Made by a program: the position numbers and the translations under genes. From NCBI GenBank assembly GCA_951406725.2, contig OX597814.1, positions 181,040,001-181,104,000 on the forward strand: a DNA stretch of 64,000 bases, read 5' to 3'. This DNA is from Octopus vulgaris. Taxonomy: Eukaryota. Under the pieces are notes generated by a model that saw nothing but the letters and a program-made list of their open reading frames with translations, ran no database searches and was not told where the DNA came from. Below, one piece after another: positions 12,718-26,914 of the stretch. Within the stretch, counting starts at the first letter, position 1. Each line of letters begins with the position of its first letter.

Positions 12718-13286
12718 CACAAGGTGCATTCCAGGTGTTTTAAGACCTTTTCAAGAGAGACATTTATTAATTTCTGAGAAGTACAAAACTCTAATCTCCT
12801 TCAAAGTAGGATCCTCTGATTTCAATGCACTTGTTGTAGCACTCCAGCCACTTCATGAAGGCTCTATTGATATCCTCCAAAGTGAAGGTGTCTAGGACCC
12901 TTGTCACAGCCTTATTCATCTTCTCAATGCATTCAAAACAACTGCCCTCTGAGGTTCTCCTTCAGCTTGGAGAACAATCAAAAATCACAAGGAGCAAAGT
13001 CTAGACTATAGGGAGGGTGAGGGATAGTTTTGATGTCTATTTCTGTCAAGTAATTAGTTACCAGGAGAGAATTGTGACAAGCAGTGTTAAGTAGCTGTAG
13101 CAGGCAGTGTTTTATTGGGTGTCTTTAGTGTGCTGTTACAGCCATCCCCTTCAATCTGCAATTTAAAAAAAGTTGGTAGATCTGCATATTAGATGTATAA
13201 AAAGGATATACTAAAATTTCAATAATCTAGGACAGTTATAACTGCCTTTCCTAAAAAGTCTCAAAGCTTCTAGAATGCACTTCATA
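12718..13286 (-). mobile_element. Internally deleted mariner relic
   Basis: Imperfect TIRs (aaggtgcattccagg / ctagaatgcacttca). Degenerate PYSLDFAPCDF-like segment on the minus strand near 12985-13015. Confidence 0.6.
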
Positions 13287-16200
13287 TGTGTGTGTGTGCG
13301 TGAGTGTCTGTAGTGTACTGTTCCACTAAGGTAAGATAAACAAAATGATCTTACCTTAGATTATATATACACACACACACACACACATGTATGTATCATC
13401 ATCATTTCACATCAATGTTCCATGCTGGTATGAGTTGGACAGTCTGACAGAATTTGATAGGACCAGACACTGCATCATGCTCTAGTATCTGCTTTAGCTT
13501 GATTTCTACATTTGGCTGCCCTCCTAATACCAACCGCTTTACAGTGTATACTGGATGCTTTTTTTTTTTCATGCCACTTGCGCTATTGAGGTCACTATGC
13601 AGCTTGCAAGACTATGAACCTCAAAGGAGCAGCTTTGTGCTTGGAGATGAGCAGTAAAAGTATAAGGAGCCACAGAACATACATGCACACACACACACTT
13701 TTATATGTATGCAGGGCTTCTCACAGTTTCTGTCCGCCATTTTCACTCACAAGAGTGAGCAAAACTCCTTGTAGGCTCCTGCTAACCACTACTACAATCC
13801 CTTTAAGTAGCTACAAATGGGTTTGCCAGCAACTAGGTTAGCCTCTGAAAGTCATTGGTGTTGTTATATCTGGTGGCAATCCTCTGCTTAAGAGTCAGTT
13901 CCACTTATACCAACTAATAAACAATAACACCACTCTGTAAAATGTACAGCAGGAAGCAGCACATCAAGATATTAAGTTACCTTCAAACCAGAGCTCTTGA
14001 AGAAATATCTGCTTCAGAGTTAACTTCACGAAATTTACTCAATGTCCAGGTGAAGTGATAGTATTAGACTCTCTGATGAATTAGATATACCACCCTTAGC
14101 CAACAGAAAAACTATTACCATTGTTACTTTGGTATTGAAATAAATTAGCTCATGGGCTTCTGCTCAACTACATGGTTTCTTTTCATATCTCCTGATCAGA
14201 AGTGTAGTGTCAAGTTTTTCATAGTCACATTATATATTCTTCAAAAATTAATTGAAAGAGATCATGGTTGGAATATGAGAAACTGCTTTCCTATTCACAG
14301 AATTTTGGAGATATTATTTTTTAAAAATTGTGAAGGTTCCTTTCATGCAGATATTTCATTTGTAATAGTATTTTTGTCATATAGTTAAGTCCTGTTACTT
14401 ACCAGAGAATGTTATTCTTTAAACAAAAGTGAAATTTTATATAAGGTGTGTATATGTGTATGTCTGGACTTGGAGTGAGTATTACCTTGCTTGAAAATAG
14501 ACAAAGGTTGGCAATGGGAAGAGCGTCCAACCAAAGAAATCTGCTTCAGTGAATTCTGTTTGACTCATGTAAGCATGGAAAAGAACAAAATTATATATAT
14601 ATGTGTGTATGTCTATACACATACTTACACACAATATATATACTCACACACACACACACACACACACATACATATTTTCTGTGGTGCTGTAATATCAGTT
14701 TTATTTGGAATCTAATTTTCATTTTCATACATTTGAAACGTTATCTAGTTTTGCTCTAAGGAAAATTTATCTCATTCTCTTTACAAACATATTACTTCTC
14801 AATAAAAATTTTATTGATATGAATGTATAAATTCTCAGTGTTTCCATTAATGTGCGTAAAGTAAAAATCAAAATATTTGTTATCATCATCATTATTAATT
14901 CTCTTTTTTTACACATATCAATGATATTTTGTAAGCCAGTTCTTTGATATTAACATAGGATAAGTAAACTTTAATATTATCTTTATTCGAAGTCTTCTGA
15001 AGGAACACTATTTCACCAATTTATAAAGCTTTTTCTCTTTCAGCTGAGCTAGCATTTGTTTTTTGTGTTAATCACAGCTCCTTTCCACTTTACTTTTCAT
15101 CTTTATCTGTAAAATAAATCATCAGAGTTTATTCTCACTTAACATTTTTTTTTTCTAATATGTAATTGTACTATCCACTTTTATTGTCATAACATGGTTT
15201 ATTTTTTTATTTATTGACTTTTATTTGTTTTTATTTTATTTTATAAATTTGCTGTTTTAGCTTACATTTTAATTTTTATGTTTATTCTAAGGGTAAATAA
15301 TTTTCCACAACATTTTTTGTTTATTAATGTTAATAACAAAATCAGATCTAAAGTTTACACGCTCTTAGTTCCAAATGTATATTCTTTAAAACAATTATGT
15401 AATTATCAAATATTGTCTTAATCAATTAGAAAACACTAAAGATCACTTAACTAAATTTTGAGTTAATAAACAATATGATTTTTCACTATTGTGTTATTAA
15501 TCTTCTAACTACTCTCATCATTTAAGAATGCCAAAATTTAAGTTTGATTTGGTTTTTCTCCATTACTAGATGTCATTGTAATATGCTGAAGGTTTTATAT
15601 TTAACTTTGGGCAGTTAATATACATCCTTTCTTAGATAAAATACTGGTTTTGTCATAGTTCTCTCCCATATGGTCTAAATGAATACTAAAAACTAACAAA
15701 ATACATACCATTTACACATTGGTACCCTATTGCTTGAGTTGGTGAACTGTACCTCTTCAAGACCTAACTACACTTGGGTGGACTGGGATATTGAGATACA
15801 CAGCACAGCATTATTAGCTAGAATGCTTGTGACTTAACAATTTGATCAGCTGGAAAGCTGCCTATCATTAAATACATCTTCCCTATATTCAGGTTCAAAC
15901 AGTTTTTTTTATTCCTTATGGGTCTCATACCAATCAAAATATTTTTCAATTTCTATGAAATATAAAAACGAAAATTGAAAGTATGCAAGTCAATTCCATT
16001 GGAATATGTTCCAACTAGTGCATTACTTAAATCTCTCATTCAACTCTCCATAATATCTTATAAAAATAAGCAAAATGCTTTTGTTTCAAAACTGCAGCTC
16101 AGTCAATAATTATCTATTTTCATTAATGATTTATCATGATTAAAGCTTCTGAATAATGATAATTAAAATATTAACTGATCAATCTGCCCAGTTATTTCAT

Positions 16201-19200
16201 CAGTTGACATTTCATGTTACTGCAGCTATTTTAATTTATCAGTCCTTCCCTTCTTTCATATCTCATTTAGTTCTCATGTCATTATGTCAATTCTAAAGCC
16301 CTCCCTGTAACTCTCCTTGTGTTACATCAAATAGCCTTCCATGTGACATATCCCTTATCATGTCCTGTCAGTACCATTGCCTTGTCATGCCCAGTATTGA
16401 ACTGTGTTGCATTTAGACCCCTGCCCCCAATACATTATCCACTAGGCTTAAAACTAATGTTGTGCAGTTGATATCAATGTTTAACCCTTACAGGCTAACT
16501 TGTGAAATTGTATTTCTTTTTTTAAAACTTTTGCATTGTTTTCTGCTGTTTTTTAATTGTTTGTTTATATTTGTTTTATGTTAAAGCTGCTTGTCTAAAT
16601 AAATTCATGTTTTTTTTTTTGTTTTTGTTGTTTTTTAATAGGGATTTCCATTCTTATGTTTTCATGTTAATGGCATACTATGAATGTAACTGTACAGTTT
16701 TATATGTAATGAGTAATTCAGAGATGTTTATATCAATCAGATGTTTGTAAATAAGCAAAATAATCTTTACCCTATGGGCAGTTATGTAACATTCAAAATA
16801 ATCATTGATACTCTATTTATGAGTAGCTGCTGTTATCTATTCAAACTGTACTATACCTGTTTTAGCATTAGTTGATCAGATCAGTAAAATATGCTTCTGT
16901 TCTTCATTTTACCTATGAAATGCTATTTGTTACGTAATAAATTCTAACAGATACTTTATGTTGCATTACATTTGTATTTGTATGTATATATGTAATGTGT
17001 GTGTGTGTATGTGTGTGTACACACTCACATATTCATATGTTTGTGCATGCATGTGCTCAGTATATAGTTATTAGCTGGTTTGTTAACTCATTGACAGCAG
17101 TAAACTATAATCTATCCATGATAGATTTGTATAAATTGTCCCAATATAATGAATAAATTACTAGAAGTTATGATCTTTAAAAGGGTGGAAGACAATATCA
17201 GTACCATAAGCTAGTTTGTAATGTTTTTATATTCAGTTCTTTTTTGTCACTATTTTAAGAAATCACTTCTTCTGTATATCATTTGTTGCTAGAAATAACT
17301 CTTGGGGAAAATTATATATGTGTATATATATACATACATACACACACACATATATGTTTGTATGTGTGTATATATATATACATATATATATATGTGCGTG
17401 TGTGTGTGTATATAAATGTGTGTATGTGTGTGCATATACAGACACACGCACACCCTTAACCACTATTTCATCAGACTGTAAGAATGGAAAATTATGCAAT
17501 GGATCTAAAATGTTGAAATGTTTTTGTTTTTGTTTCTTTATAACTGACGCACTTACTAATAATATGTTTTCCGTTATTTCCCTTTGCTTGCTGGGAATCT
17601 ATATCAATATTTGGTAAGTACGATTATCTGTTTATTAAATATCTTTTTAGGATTTTTTTAATTAGCTAAGATTATTCTAGTCAAAAAATAACAGAACACT
17701 TAGGAGTATCATAAGTGATTGGTGATGTATTTTAGTATTTCTGTTTTAGTGTTTTAGAATAGTTCTTTTTTTTAAAAAAAATAAGGATGCATTAATGAAC
17801 AGTTGTTAAAGTATGCCAGTATTTAAGTTTTAAGTCACTGGAAATATTTTAAGCTCTAAAGTTTTTTTGGCTTATTCATTTTTTGTTTATAATTTTAGTT
17901 ACTTATAATCTAGAGGTTAAAGTTTCAATCATACATCTAAAGGTATATGGTTGAATAAACCAAAAATGTATATTCTAAGTTCAGTTTAAGCAGTACTAAG
18001 CAATGATTTTATTTATAAATGCTTTTAAATCAGCATATAGCTAGCTACAATGTAACATGTTACATGTAATTTTGAAGACCAACCGTACATTAAATACAGA
18101 TATAAATTATATAACTCTGAATTCTATGAAGATCAGAAATGTTGATTTATATTAACTGTTTAGTAAAATACTTAAAATATTTTATGAGAATGCTATATAT
18201 ATATAGATATATATATATGCATGATTATGTGGTTAAGTTCTTCATCATAACTACATCGTTCTAGGTTTGAACTCACTGCCTTAAACTTTGGGTAGGAATC
18301 TAGGATCAATAAAAAATCCTTATGCATGAACTTTTTAAGGCAGATATTTAGGGTGAAAAAACTGAATTCCAGAAGGAAGCAGTGGCAAACCACCCCTGCA
18401 GTGCAGCTGAAACACCCTTGTAGATGTGGTTGTTCCACACAGCTACTTGAAAGGTTCCATATATATTTTTGACTAATCTCTCCAGTTGCACTGTTTCAAC
18501 CTCATAGTGATTTTAAATCTCTAATAAATAAGGGAGGAAGAATTGTATTTCTACTAAATATATTATAATGTACTTATAAAACCTAAATCAAATTATCAGT
18601 CAAAATATAAAATAAAAGGGGCAAGAAATTCTATTTTTGATTTCATGAGGAACATTTTTCAGTTTATTCCCTTTTTATATGGATAAGGAAAGAAATTGTT
18701 CAACAGAGTTATTCCCCTTGTTTATATAGAAATGTATTTCAGCACCTTTTATCCAACTTTTCAAAAATGTTAAATCAAAATAATAAATAAATAAATAAAT
18801 AAAAAAGCAAAAAACTCTTACCTATGTAGTGTAATTTAGGTTAGTTTTCATATTGAATCATAATTCTGTCCTGCAATATGTTGGGTTAGGTGGTGTGGTA
18901 TTTAACCAAACTGCTTCACTCTCTAAACTGTAACTAACTTTATAACACAGCTTCTTTAAGCACTTAATAGAAATTAATATAAAGCATTATATGAGTTTTA
19001 TATATATATATGCATGCTTTATTAAGTTTAGAAAGTTTATTAACCAATTAAAATTTGAATGGTTCATACTTTCTAAAGGCTTCTCATGTTTAGTGGAGAG
19101 AAAGTATATATTAGATGCTCTGACAAAATGAAGGGTTGAATAAATTTTCAGCTTTTGCTTTAGATATTGTCAGGGTAAAAGTTGATTGTTATATAAACAT

Positions 19201-20958
19201 GCATACCAAAGTGACTACTTCATATCAATGCATCCACAGAATACTCCCAAATTATTTCATCACTTAGACATTACCTGCTGTATTTCCATCCCAATATCCT
19301 ACAGACTTTTCACTCCTGCCTGTGTGCATGAAAGAAATCCCTATAAATACATGTAGGTAATCTCTGATTATATGTACTTTCTATGTTGATATTTACTCAG
19401 AATGTCCCCTCCCCCAACAAAAAAGAAAACAGTTATTATTGGCTATAAGAAAAGGTGAATGTTCGATTCTTTCTCTTAGTTTAGTAATACTAATATATCT
19501 ACTTCCCATACTAACTTAAGAGTCAGTAGAAAGTATGAACATCTCAGTATTGAACTGGTTAAAAAAATTGTCCTCAGTTTAAGCAAAAATGTAGTGTAAG
19601 TCAAGAGCTGTATTCCAATGTTATAGATATGTAGATCATGTTTGTATAATTTTTCTTTGTTTTTTTTTTCTTTTACTTTTTGCATATGTATTTTTGTCAT
19701 TGTGATTCTGGAGCTTTGATTTTCAAATGGTAACATTTTAATAGACTTAACTAATTATTTCTGTTTATATATATATTCGACTTTCACAGTTGGTATAATA
19801 TGATAGTATCTATAAAATAATAAATGTCAGTTTTGAGGACTCACTGATGACTCCATCAACAATATTGAACTATTAGCTATGAACTGCATTGTGCCTTGTC
19901 TGCAGCCCAAACAAGTCTGGTACAGTCCACTGAATTGTAAAATAAATATCATTATTGATAATAGCTCACTACTATAAGAAAGGTGACCAGTATATAAGCC
20001 AGTGTTGGAATAGCTTAAAATGTACAGTACACATCCTCCTGGGTTTGAAGCATGATAAATATGTTTATGCTGCAGTCCTGTTTAAACTAGATCTACATGT
20101 CCTCACATAAAAATGAATGAATCTGTTATTTTCACTCACATAGTGAAACACTGTGTTAATAAGTAAATCTAAGTTGCCAACCACTTGATATTTATAATTG
20201 ATTAAACCCATTGTAGTAGAAATCTACAAATCTCACCCCGCAGTGGAGTTAGCTTCAGAAAATGTATTGTTACTTTCCAGATATTTGTCATAGAAGTTAA
20301 CAAGGTGGAAATATGATAATCCAAAATCTGAAATTCCTAATTATTCCTTGCTGGGAAAGTATTTAATATTAACAGTTTAATAAAACAACTGTGATAAGCC
20401 AGCTGCATGAATTTGCTGTAATGTTGGTCTTTAATATATATCTTGCATACATTGCCTGCTTTGATCAGCCTATATCATGTCTCCCCACAGTTACTTTTCA
20501 TAAATAACACAAACTTTTTTTGTTTGTTTTTTTTTTTCCCCTTTCTGAAAAATTCTGTGTATTTTACTGTGTGTCTATTCATTTCCCATAAATAATCATC
20601 ACCATTTCATGAAGTTGGAATATTATCCAGCCATTTCAGATTGGGGCCTATTTAAACAGCTATGTAAGGGATAGAAATAGAAAGAAGTGACTGTTTTGTT
20701 TTGGGGGTTTTTTTTTGTAGGGGGTGTCTTTTTGGAGGTGGGTGGATTGAGAAAATACACAACCCCCATATGGACATGCTAGAAACATCAGATATGTCTT
20801 TTTCAAATCACTCTTCTCATCTTCAAAAAAAAAAGGTATGGACCAGATATACTAAGTTTGAGGGAAAAGTTGGGATGGGCATGGCAGAAACATCTTTGAT
20901 CATAGGTCTGCATGATCAGAGCTGACCTAAGGCTAAACAGCAACAGTTATTATGTTAA

Positions 20959-21111
<153 letters not shown>

Positions 21112-21708
21112 TGAGTATTATTTATACTTCTGATTTAGTGTGTTTATATTTCATTCACTAAGTCCAATGAATGAAACACTTACCAAGATTATTCTGTCTA
21201 TTTATATATACATTAAATCTTTCAAGCTTAATCAAACAGTCTTGTTGGCTCACTTATTTAGCTACATAATTTTAAATTAGGATTTCATCATTATATATTA
21301 ATGGGGCTCTTAATATGACTCTTTATTCCTATTATTACTTTCAATTAAATTATATTTTAGAACATTTCAAAATTCTGTTGGAAATTACTTTTCCTTTCAT
21401 TCTGCATATCAAAGTAGTAGTAATATAGTAAGATCATATCAATTGGCTATAATTTCTCTTGCCTTGCAAAATAAGTACTATGTCAAGAAGAGAAATCATT
21501 TTTATAGTATGCACCATGATTGGTAGTAACTTGGCCCACAATTTGGTTTTAATTAGCAAGAACAGAACCTTTTTATTACATTACTAATGCTCTTGAGTAA
21601 TATATGAACACAGCCACAATTTTCCATATCTTTCCTTTTCAAGATTAATTTCTATGTAATAAATTACTTACTTTTCATTCTGACAACTCATTGTTCTTTT
21701 CTTTACAG

Positions 21709-21806
21709 GGAAGAGAGCGAAAGCGTACTGCAGTTGAAGGGACTTACTCCAAATGGTTTGCTACCTCTCGGAGCGCTATCTGGTGGCAAAGATACTCTGA
21801 GAAGTG
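21709..21806 (+). CDS. PPP3CA: Calcineurin A exon following the CaM-binding domain
   Basis: tttacag acceptor, gtaagg donor. The 98-nt phase 2->1 exon reads (R)[32 protein letters not shown], in frame with the previous exon and matching the calcineurin EESESVLxLKGLTP motif. Confidence 0.97.
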
Positions 21807-21868
21807 GTAAGGCTGTCTTCATTCATAATTTAAGCATGAACTTGTTATTTCATATATATATATACATA

Positions 21869-22437
21869 CTAGCTGTTTTTTCCGGTTTCACCTGGGTAGT
21901 CTGGTTGATGTTGCAGTAAAACCTGCTATCTTCTAAATATTTACCTCCTCTTTGTATTCAAACACCAAAAATAAAGGTTAAAAAATATTTTAAGAAAACA
22001 AAAATTAGCAAAAAAAGGAAAAAACCCAAATTAATAAAAATGTTAAGTTGCCAATAGCTGCAGTAACTGGAAGGTTTCAGCAAACACATGCGCACGCACA
22101 CACGCACACACGCACCTTTACATACACACATATATATTCACACAGAGTTGAAACGCTGAAAAAAATAAATCCACAGAAAAATGGAAGTATATATATGAAA
22201 CCAAAAACCACTATATATATATATATATATAAATTTGACATCACCCCTTCCTCATTCATAAATACAAGAGTATTATTATAATAGATTATCTCAGTAACCA
22301 TGGGAGCTATGAAAAAAATACAAAGCCCAGCATCACCACTGGATCATTCTACACATCTGTGTAATTTTTCGTGCAATTCCACCCAATTCCATCCCAAGAC
22401 AAGAAAGAATCGCCCGTGTCAAATTTATACGTATAGA
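21869..22437 (-). mobile_element. Non-autonomous Helitron in a calcineurin intron
   Basis: Minus strand TC start, degenerate subterminal hairpin (ccaggtgaaaccgg) plus CTAG end, A|T insertion site. Confidence 0.65.
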
Positions 22438-23685
22438 TATATATATATGCTTACATGTATTTAATTCAATGGCAGTGAGTGGTGAGTCCACTTTGATGCA
22501 ATGATTATTGTGATTGGACATTACTCAACAGATACAAGGTTCATTTCTCATTGGTAATTTTGTCTGCTTTTTTTCTATTTTATACTGTGCTTGTGAATAT
22601 ATTCAAATCTTAACCATTTATAAATATATTTTTGCAAGAAGAGGGAAACAGTGACTTAAAAGTTTTGGCCTATTAGCCTTCACCAGAGAGTCCAATAAAG
22701 GCTAGCAGGTTGAAATTTTAAAGTCATTGTTGCCCCTCTTTGTGTAAAAGTATAATAAATATGTACACTATGAAAAGTACTGAATAATATATTTCAGTTT
22801 ACTGTTAAACTGTTTTTATTATAACTCAACATAAAAACAAACATATATATATATAGACCCCCTATGGTCATGAATGACCATGGAATTGCTCCTGCAAAGT
22901 TCCCCTCAGAAGCACAAGACTGGGCAAGGTCGTTTATGGAAGACCAGCAGTCACCCATGCATACCAGCCTCCCCTCTCCATGCCACCGATGTTATCCAAG
23001 GAAAAGGGCAAAGGCTGATACAGTTTAGCACCAGTGACGTCACAACTTATTTCTACAGCTGAGTGAACTGGAGCAGTGTGAAATAAAATGTCTTGCTCAA
23101 AAACACCACATACAGCCCAGTCTTGGAATCAAACTCACTACCTCATGATTGTGAGCCCGACACTCTAACCACTGAGCCATGCACCCTCAGTGATAATAGG
23201 GTAATAAAAATACAGAGTAAACAGTAAGAGAAAAGGAAACTGCATTGGTGATTAATAATTATTGATTATAAACAACAGCACTGCTATTCCTCATAATAAA
23301 TCAATTTATTCCACTGTTAAATCTTCCTAATAAAAATAAATATAGGTTATTGCTGATAACTGACTTTTCTGCTTCTGAATAATCTTGTGTATCAGCTACT
23401 CTTCACATCAGACTGAAATTCTACTTTTGGCATGCCTTTTTTCATGCACATTTAAGTTCCTTTATTCTCCTTAACAAAATTGATTTCAGTTTACTGAATA
23501 AGTTTTGATTAACTGATAATACTTTGCTTTCCTCTGGATGCAACGTATAATTTAAATTTAAAATGAAACTAGCATATGACTTCTACTAATGGATAATAGA
23601 GAGTTAAAACAGTAGTAATTTTTCTCATACATAACATTTTATAACGAGGACGATGAAAATATTGTACGTCTATATGTATATACAT

Positions 23686-23721
<36 letters not shown>

Positions 23722-23724
<3 letters not shown>

Positions 23725-24215
23725 GCTGGCAGAATCATTAGCAAGCCAGGCATAATGCTTAGCAGTATTTCGTCTGCCACTACTTTCTGAGTTCAAATTC
23801 CGCTGAGGTTGACTTTGCCTTTCAACCTTTTGGAGTCAATAAATTAAGTACCAGTGAAGCACTGGGGTCGATGTAATCAACTGGTCCCCTCCCCACAAAT
23901 TTCATGCCTTGTGCCCTTAGTAAAAGGGATTATTATTATTTTTATTATTATTATTATCATTATTATTATTATTATTATTATTATTAAGGCGGTAAGCTGG
24001 CAGAATCATTAGCTCACCAGGCAAAATGATTGTCAGCATTTCGTCTGTCTTTATGTTCTGAGTTCAAATTCTGCCAAGGTTAACTTTGCCTTTCATCCTT
24101 TTGGGGTCAATGAAATAAGTACCAGTTACACACTGGAGTCAATGTGATTGACTAGTCTCCTCCCCCCAAATTCCAAGCCTTGTGCCTATAGTAGACAGGA
24201 TTATTATTATTATTA
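23722..24215 (+). mobile_element. Two tandem SINE copies with (TTA)n tails
   Basis: Shared core gagttcaaatt...gactttgcctttca...aagtaccagt. Related copies at ~10680-10875, 41925-42135 (-), 45225-45390 (-), 55930-56125 (-) and 56330-56505. Confidence 0.85.
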
Positions 24216-25052
24216 TTAAACTTAAGTTAATTTTTACATACTAGACTGATATGTTTTAATAATGTACATTATCATACAGTCTTACTTTCTCCTAGTCTAG
24301 TTCAGTAAAAGGCATTAATCAACATTAATATCAATAATAGTATCTAACAGTTTCCTCACAATGCCTACAGTTAATTTATATTTCTAGCCTTGCTCAGGAT
24401 ACTACAATAACACTACTTCAAAAAACAAAACTGTTTATTCTACCATGATTTGTTTACACATAGATTAATTTCATTCATTCATAGTGTCCTACACAGCATT
24501 TTTGATAATTTGAAATGTGAAGTATACCTTTTTCTTTTAATAAACATTCGATTTTAGGTTTGGTGTGAGAAATAAATAAAGTGGTTACTCAGTAGATTTT
24601 ATCCCTCTATAGTCAGAAAACCTGGAATCAAAATGACTAGTGTTTAATCTTGTTAGAACTTGGTCAGCGAAAGAACACCCATCTTGTATTCACAGAGAGA
24701 TTAGTAGCTAATGGTTATTTACTGGTGAGATAAATCGTGTGGTTTGTATACACTGTAAATAGCTATAGGAACTACCAAATTTATGACTTGTTATATATGG
24801 CCATTTAGTAGATATTATGTATACCTTATAACTGGGCAACAAAAAGTTGAGGAAGCAACTACCTGTGACACAGCATCAAGCTAAATATGGTGTGTCTGTG
24901 TGCAGCAGATGAGATACATGAAGCTTGAAGCAATCAGCTGTTCTGAAAATCCTTCCCACCAATTCTGTAATTCTGTTAATATACAAAATATATGTGCTGT
25001 TGCATAAGTTTGAACTGTGTGAGAAGCACTATATATATATATATATATATAT

Positions 25053-25900
25053 ATACAAGGTGCGGCAAATAAACTGTCATCTAAATTACGCAGAAATGAA
25101 AATAACACTGACATCTCATTTCAACAGTTATATGATATATCTACCAAAATGACATAAAAATATCTTGAAATACTAAAGAGTAAATTTATTCAATAAAATT
25201 GCCATTGGCTTCAACCACAGCCTCCAGACAACTTAGGAATCTCCTGCAACTCTTCTGGACACTCTCCTTGTTTATGTTGACAAATGCTGCCATAATCCTT
25301 GACTTCAGTTCATCTTTGGTGTTACAAGTTTTGTCAGTCTCTCACTCATCTGCGCCCCACATAATAAAGGGGGTTGCAGTCTAGGGAGTTAGGTGACCAG
25401 ATGTTAAGGGTAATGCAGTTTCAGAAATTGCCTGATATCCATGACTGGGTTCTCCTGCTTGTGTGGTATGATACAGAGTCCTGTTGTCAGACATAGGGTC
25501 TTCCAGCAACCACCCTATTGACCTAGGGCAGCACTACCTCTTCCAGACACTTGATGTAGGCCTCCGTGTTGAGTTTGAGGCCATGTGGGAAGATGAATAG
25601 AGGCATAACATCGCCTTCCCTAGTGATCTCTCCAAACACCATGATGTTGACTGGATGTTTCATTTTTATCATTTTCAGTACATATCCTCAGACTGACACC
25701 CAAACACTCTGAAATGTTTGTATTGGAGCTTCCAGTGCAAATGCCAAGCAGTACAGCATGTCATTTCCAAATTTCTGGCAGAGTGAATTGCATCATGGTG
25801 CTGTTTTTCTTACAGACAGTGCCCATCTGGCCCTACTATACTGTACAGTTAACAAAATTAAAAATATGAAATGCCAACGATTTACCCATCGTACCCTATA
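25053..25900 (-). mobile_element. Decayed Tc1/mariner-superfamily relic
   Basis: TIR-like ends in TA context. Degenerate WSPNSLDCNP motif on the minus strand near 25370-25400. Confidence 0.6.
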
Positions 25901-26878
25901 TATACATATATATATATATATGGGTTGGACAGTTTTACTGAAAACTGGTAATCTCCCTGACTTACCAGTTTTCAGTCAAACTGTCCAACCCACCCATGCC
26001 AGCATAGAAAACAGGCATTAAATGATGATGATATATATATATATGTATATATATTGCATTATTTGTTCAAAACTAAGTATTTCAAAGTTTCCAGGGTTAC
26101 TCACTGTAATGTTATCCTTCTGTTAAAGGACACACATTGCAAGAAACTCTAACATCTGAATGAATCATCTTTTATCAAAATGAACTAAGCTCTATCACAT
26201 GTAACAAGTACTTTTTATTCTGTTTGTATATTCTCACATAAATATATTGCTTTATATATATTTTATATTTATGAAATTGTGTAAAGTTCTCTTTCAGTAT
26301 ATATTGTTTAATTCTTTTTCCTTTCCTTTTTTTTTAAAAAAAATGTTTTTGTATTGTTGTTTGCGATTTTACATTGTTTTAATTTCAGAACTTAGAAATA
26401 TCCTTTTATGGTTATAAAAAAAATAGAAACATTTAAAAACCAATATTAGCCTTAATGTTTCTCATTTTGGTTTTCACCGACAACCAAGGGAGCCTCTACA
26501 TAGCTGTTCAACTTGCTAGAAATAGCAAACAAATCTCCCTCAAGTTACACTATACCATCTTAGAAAAAAAGTGGCACATTGGATGATGTGGTCCTGGGTG
26601 CATTGTGCCTGGGAAGAAGACAGGATGGTCACAGCAAGAATGCCTTTGGTTATAGGTCTGTTTGATCAGACCTGAGGCTAAACAATAGCGACAACGATCT
26701 CCAAAGAATTTCAATCGTTCATTAGCTGTATTCACTTTAGTATTTGCTATATAAATCAGTACTGAGTTGGGGTACAAACACACTTATCTCAACTATGAAG
26801 TATTTTTCTTTTCATAGTCAGAGTGGAATATTTAATTTTTTCATTTCAATTTTTTAAATGTCTTTTTTATTCATTCAG

Positions 26879-26914
26879 CTATCGATAATCCGAACGAGGA
26901 ACCAGCTATCAAAG
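26879..26914 (+). CDS. PPP3CA: Candidate 36-nt cassette microexon of calcineurin A (AIDNPNEEPAIK)
   Basis: U-rich tract and ttcag acceptor, AAG|gttagt donor, symmetric phase 1, open in frame. CpG-containing island within an AT-rich intron. Same intron position as the vertebrate alternatively spliced 30-nt exon. Confidence 0.8.

Noticed and set aside
16866-16883. 18-nt in-frame AG..GT segment
   Set aside because: The donor CA|gtaaaa is too weak, and such a match is expected by chance.
17540-17620. Branch-like TACTAAT, pyrimidine tract and perfect donor TTG|gtaagt that look like a microexon
   Set aside because: There is no AG between the tract and the donor. The nearest upstream AG (17481) gives a 132-nt exon with an in-frame TAA.
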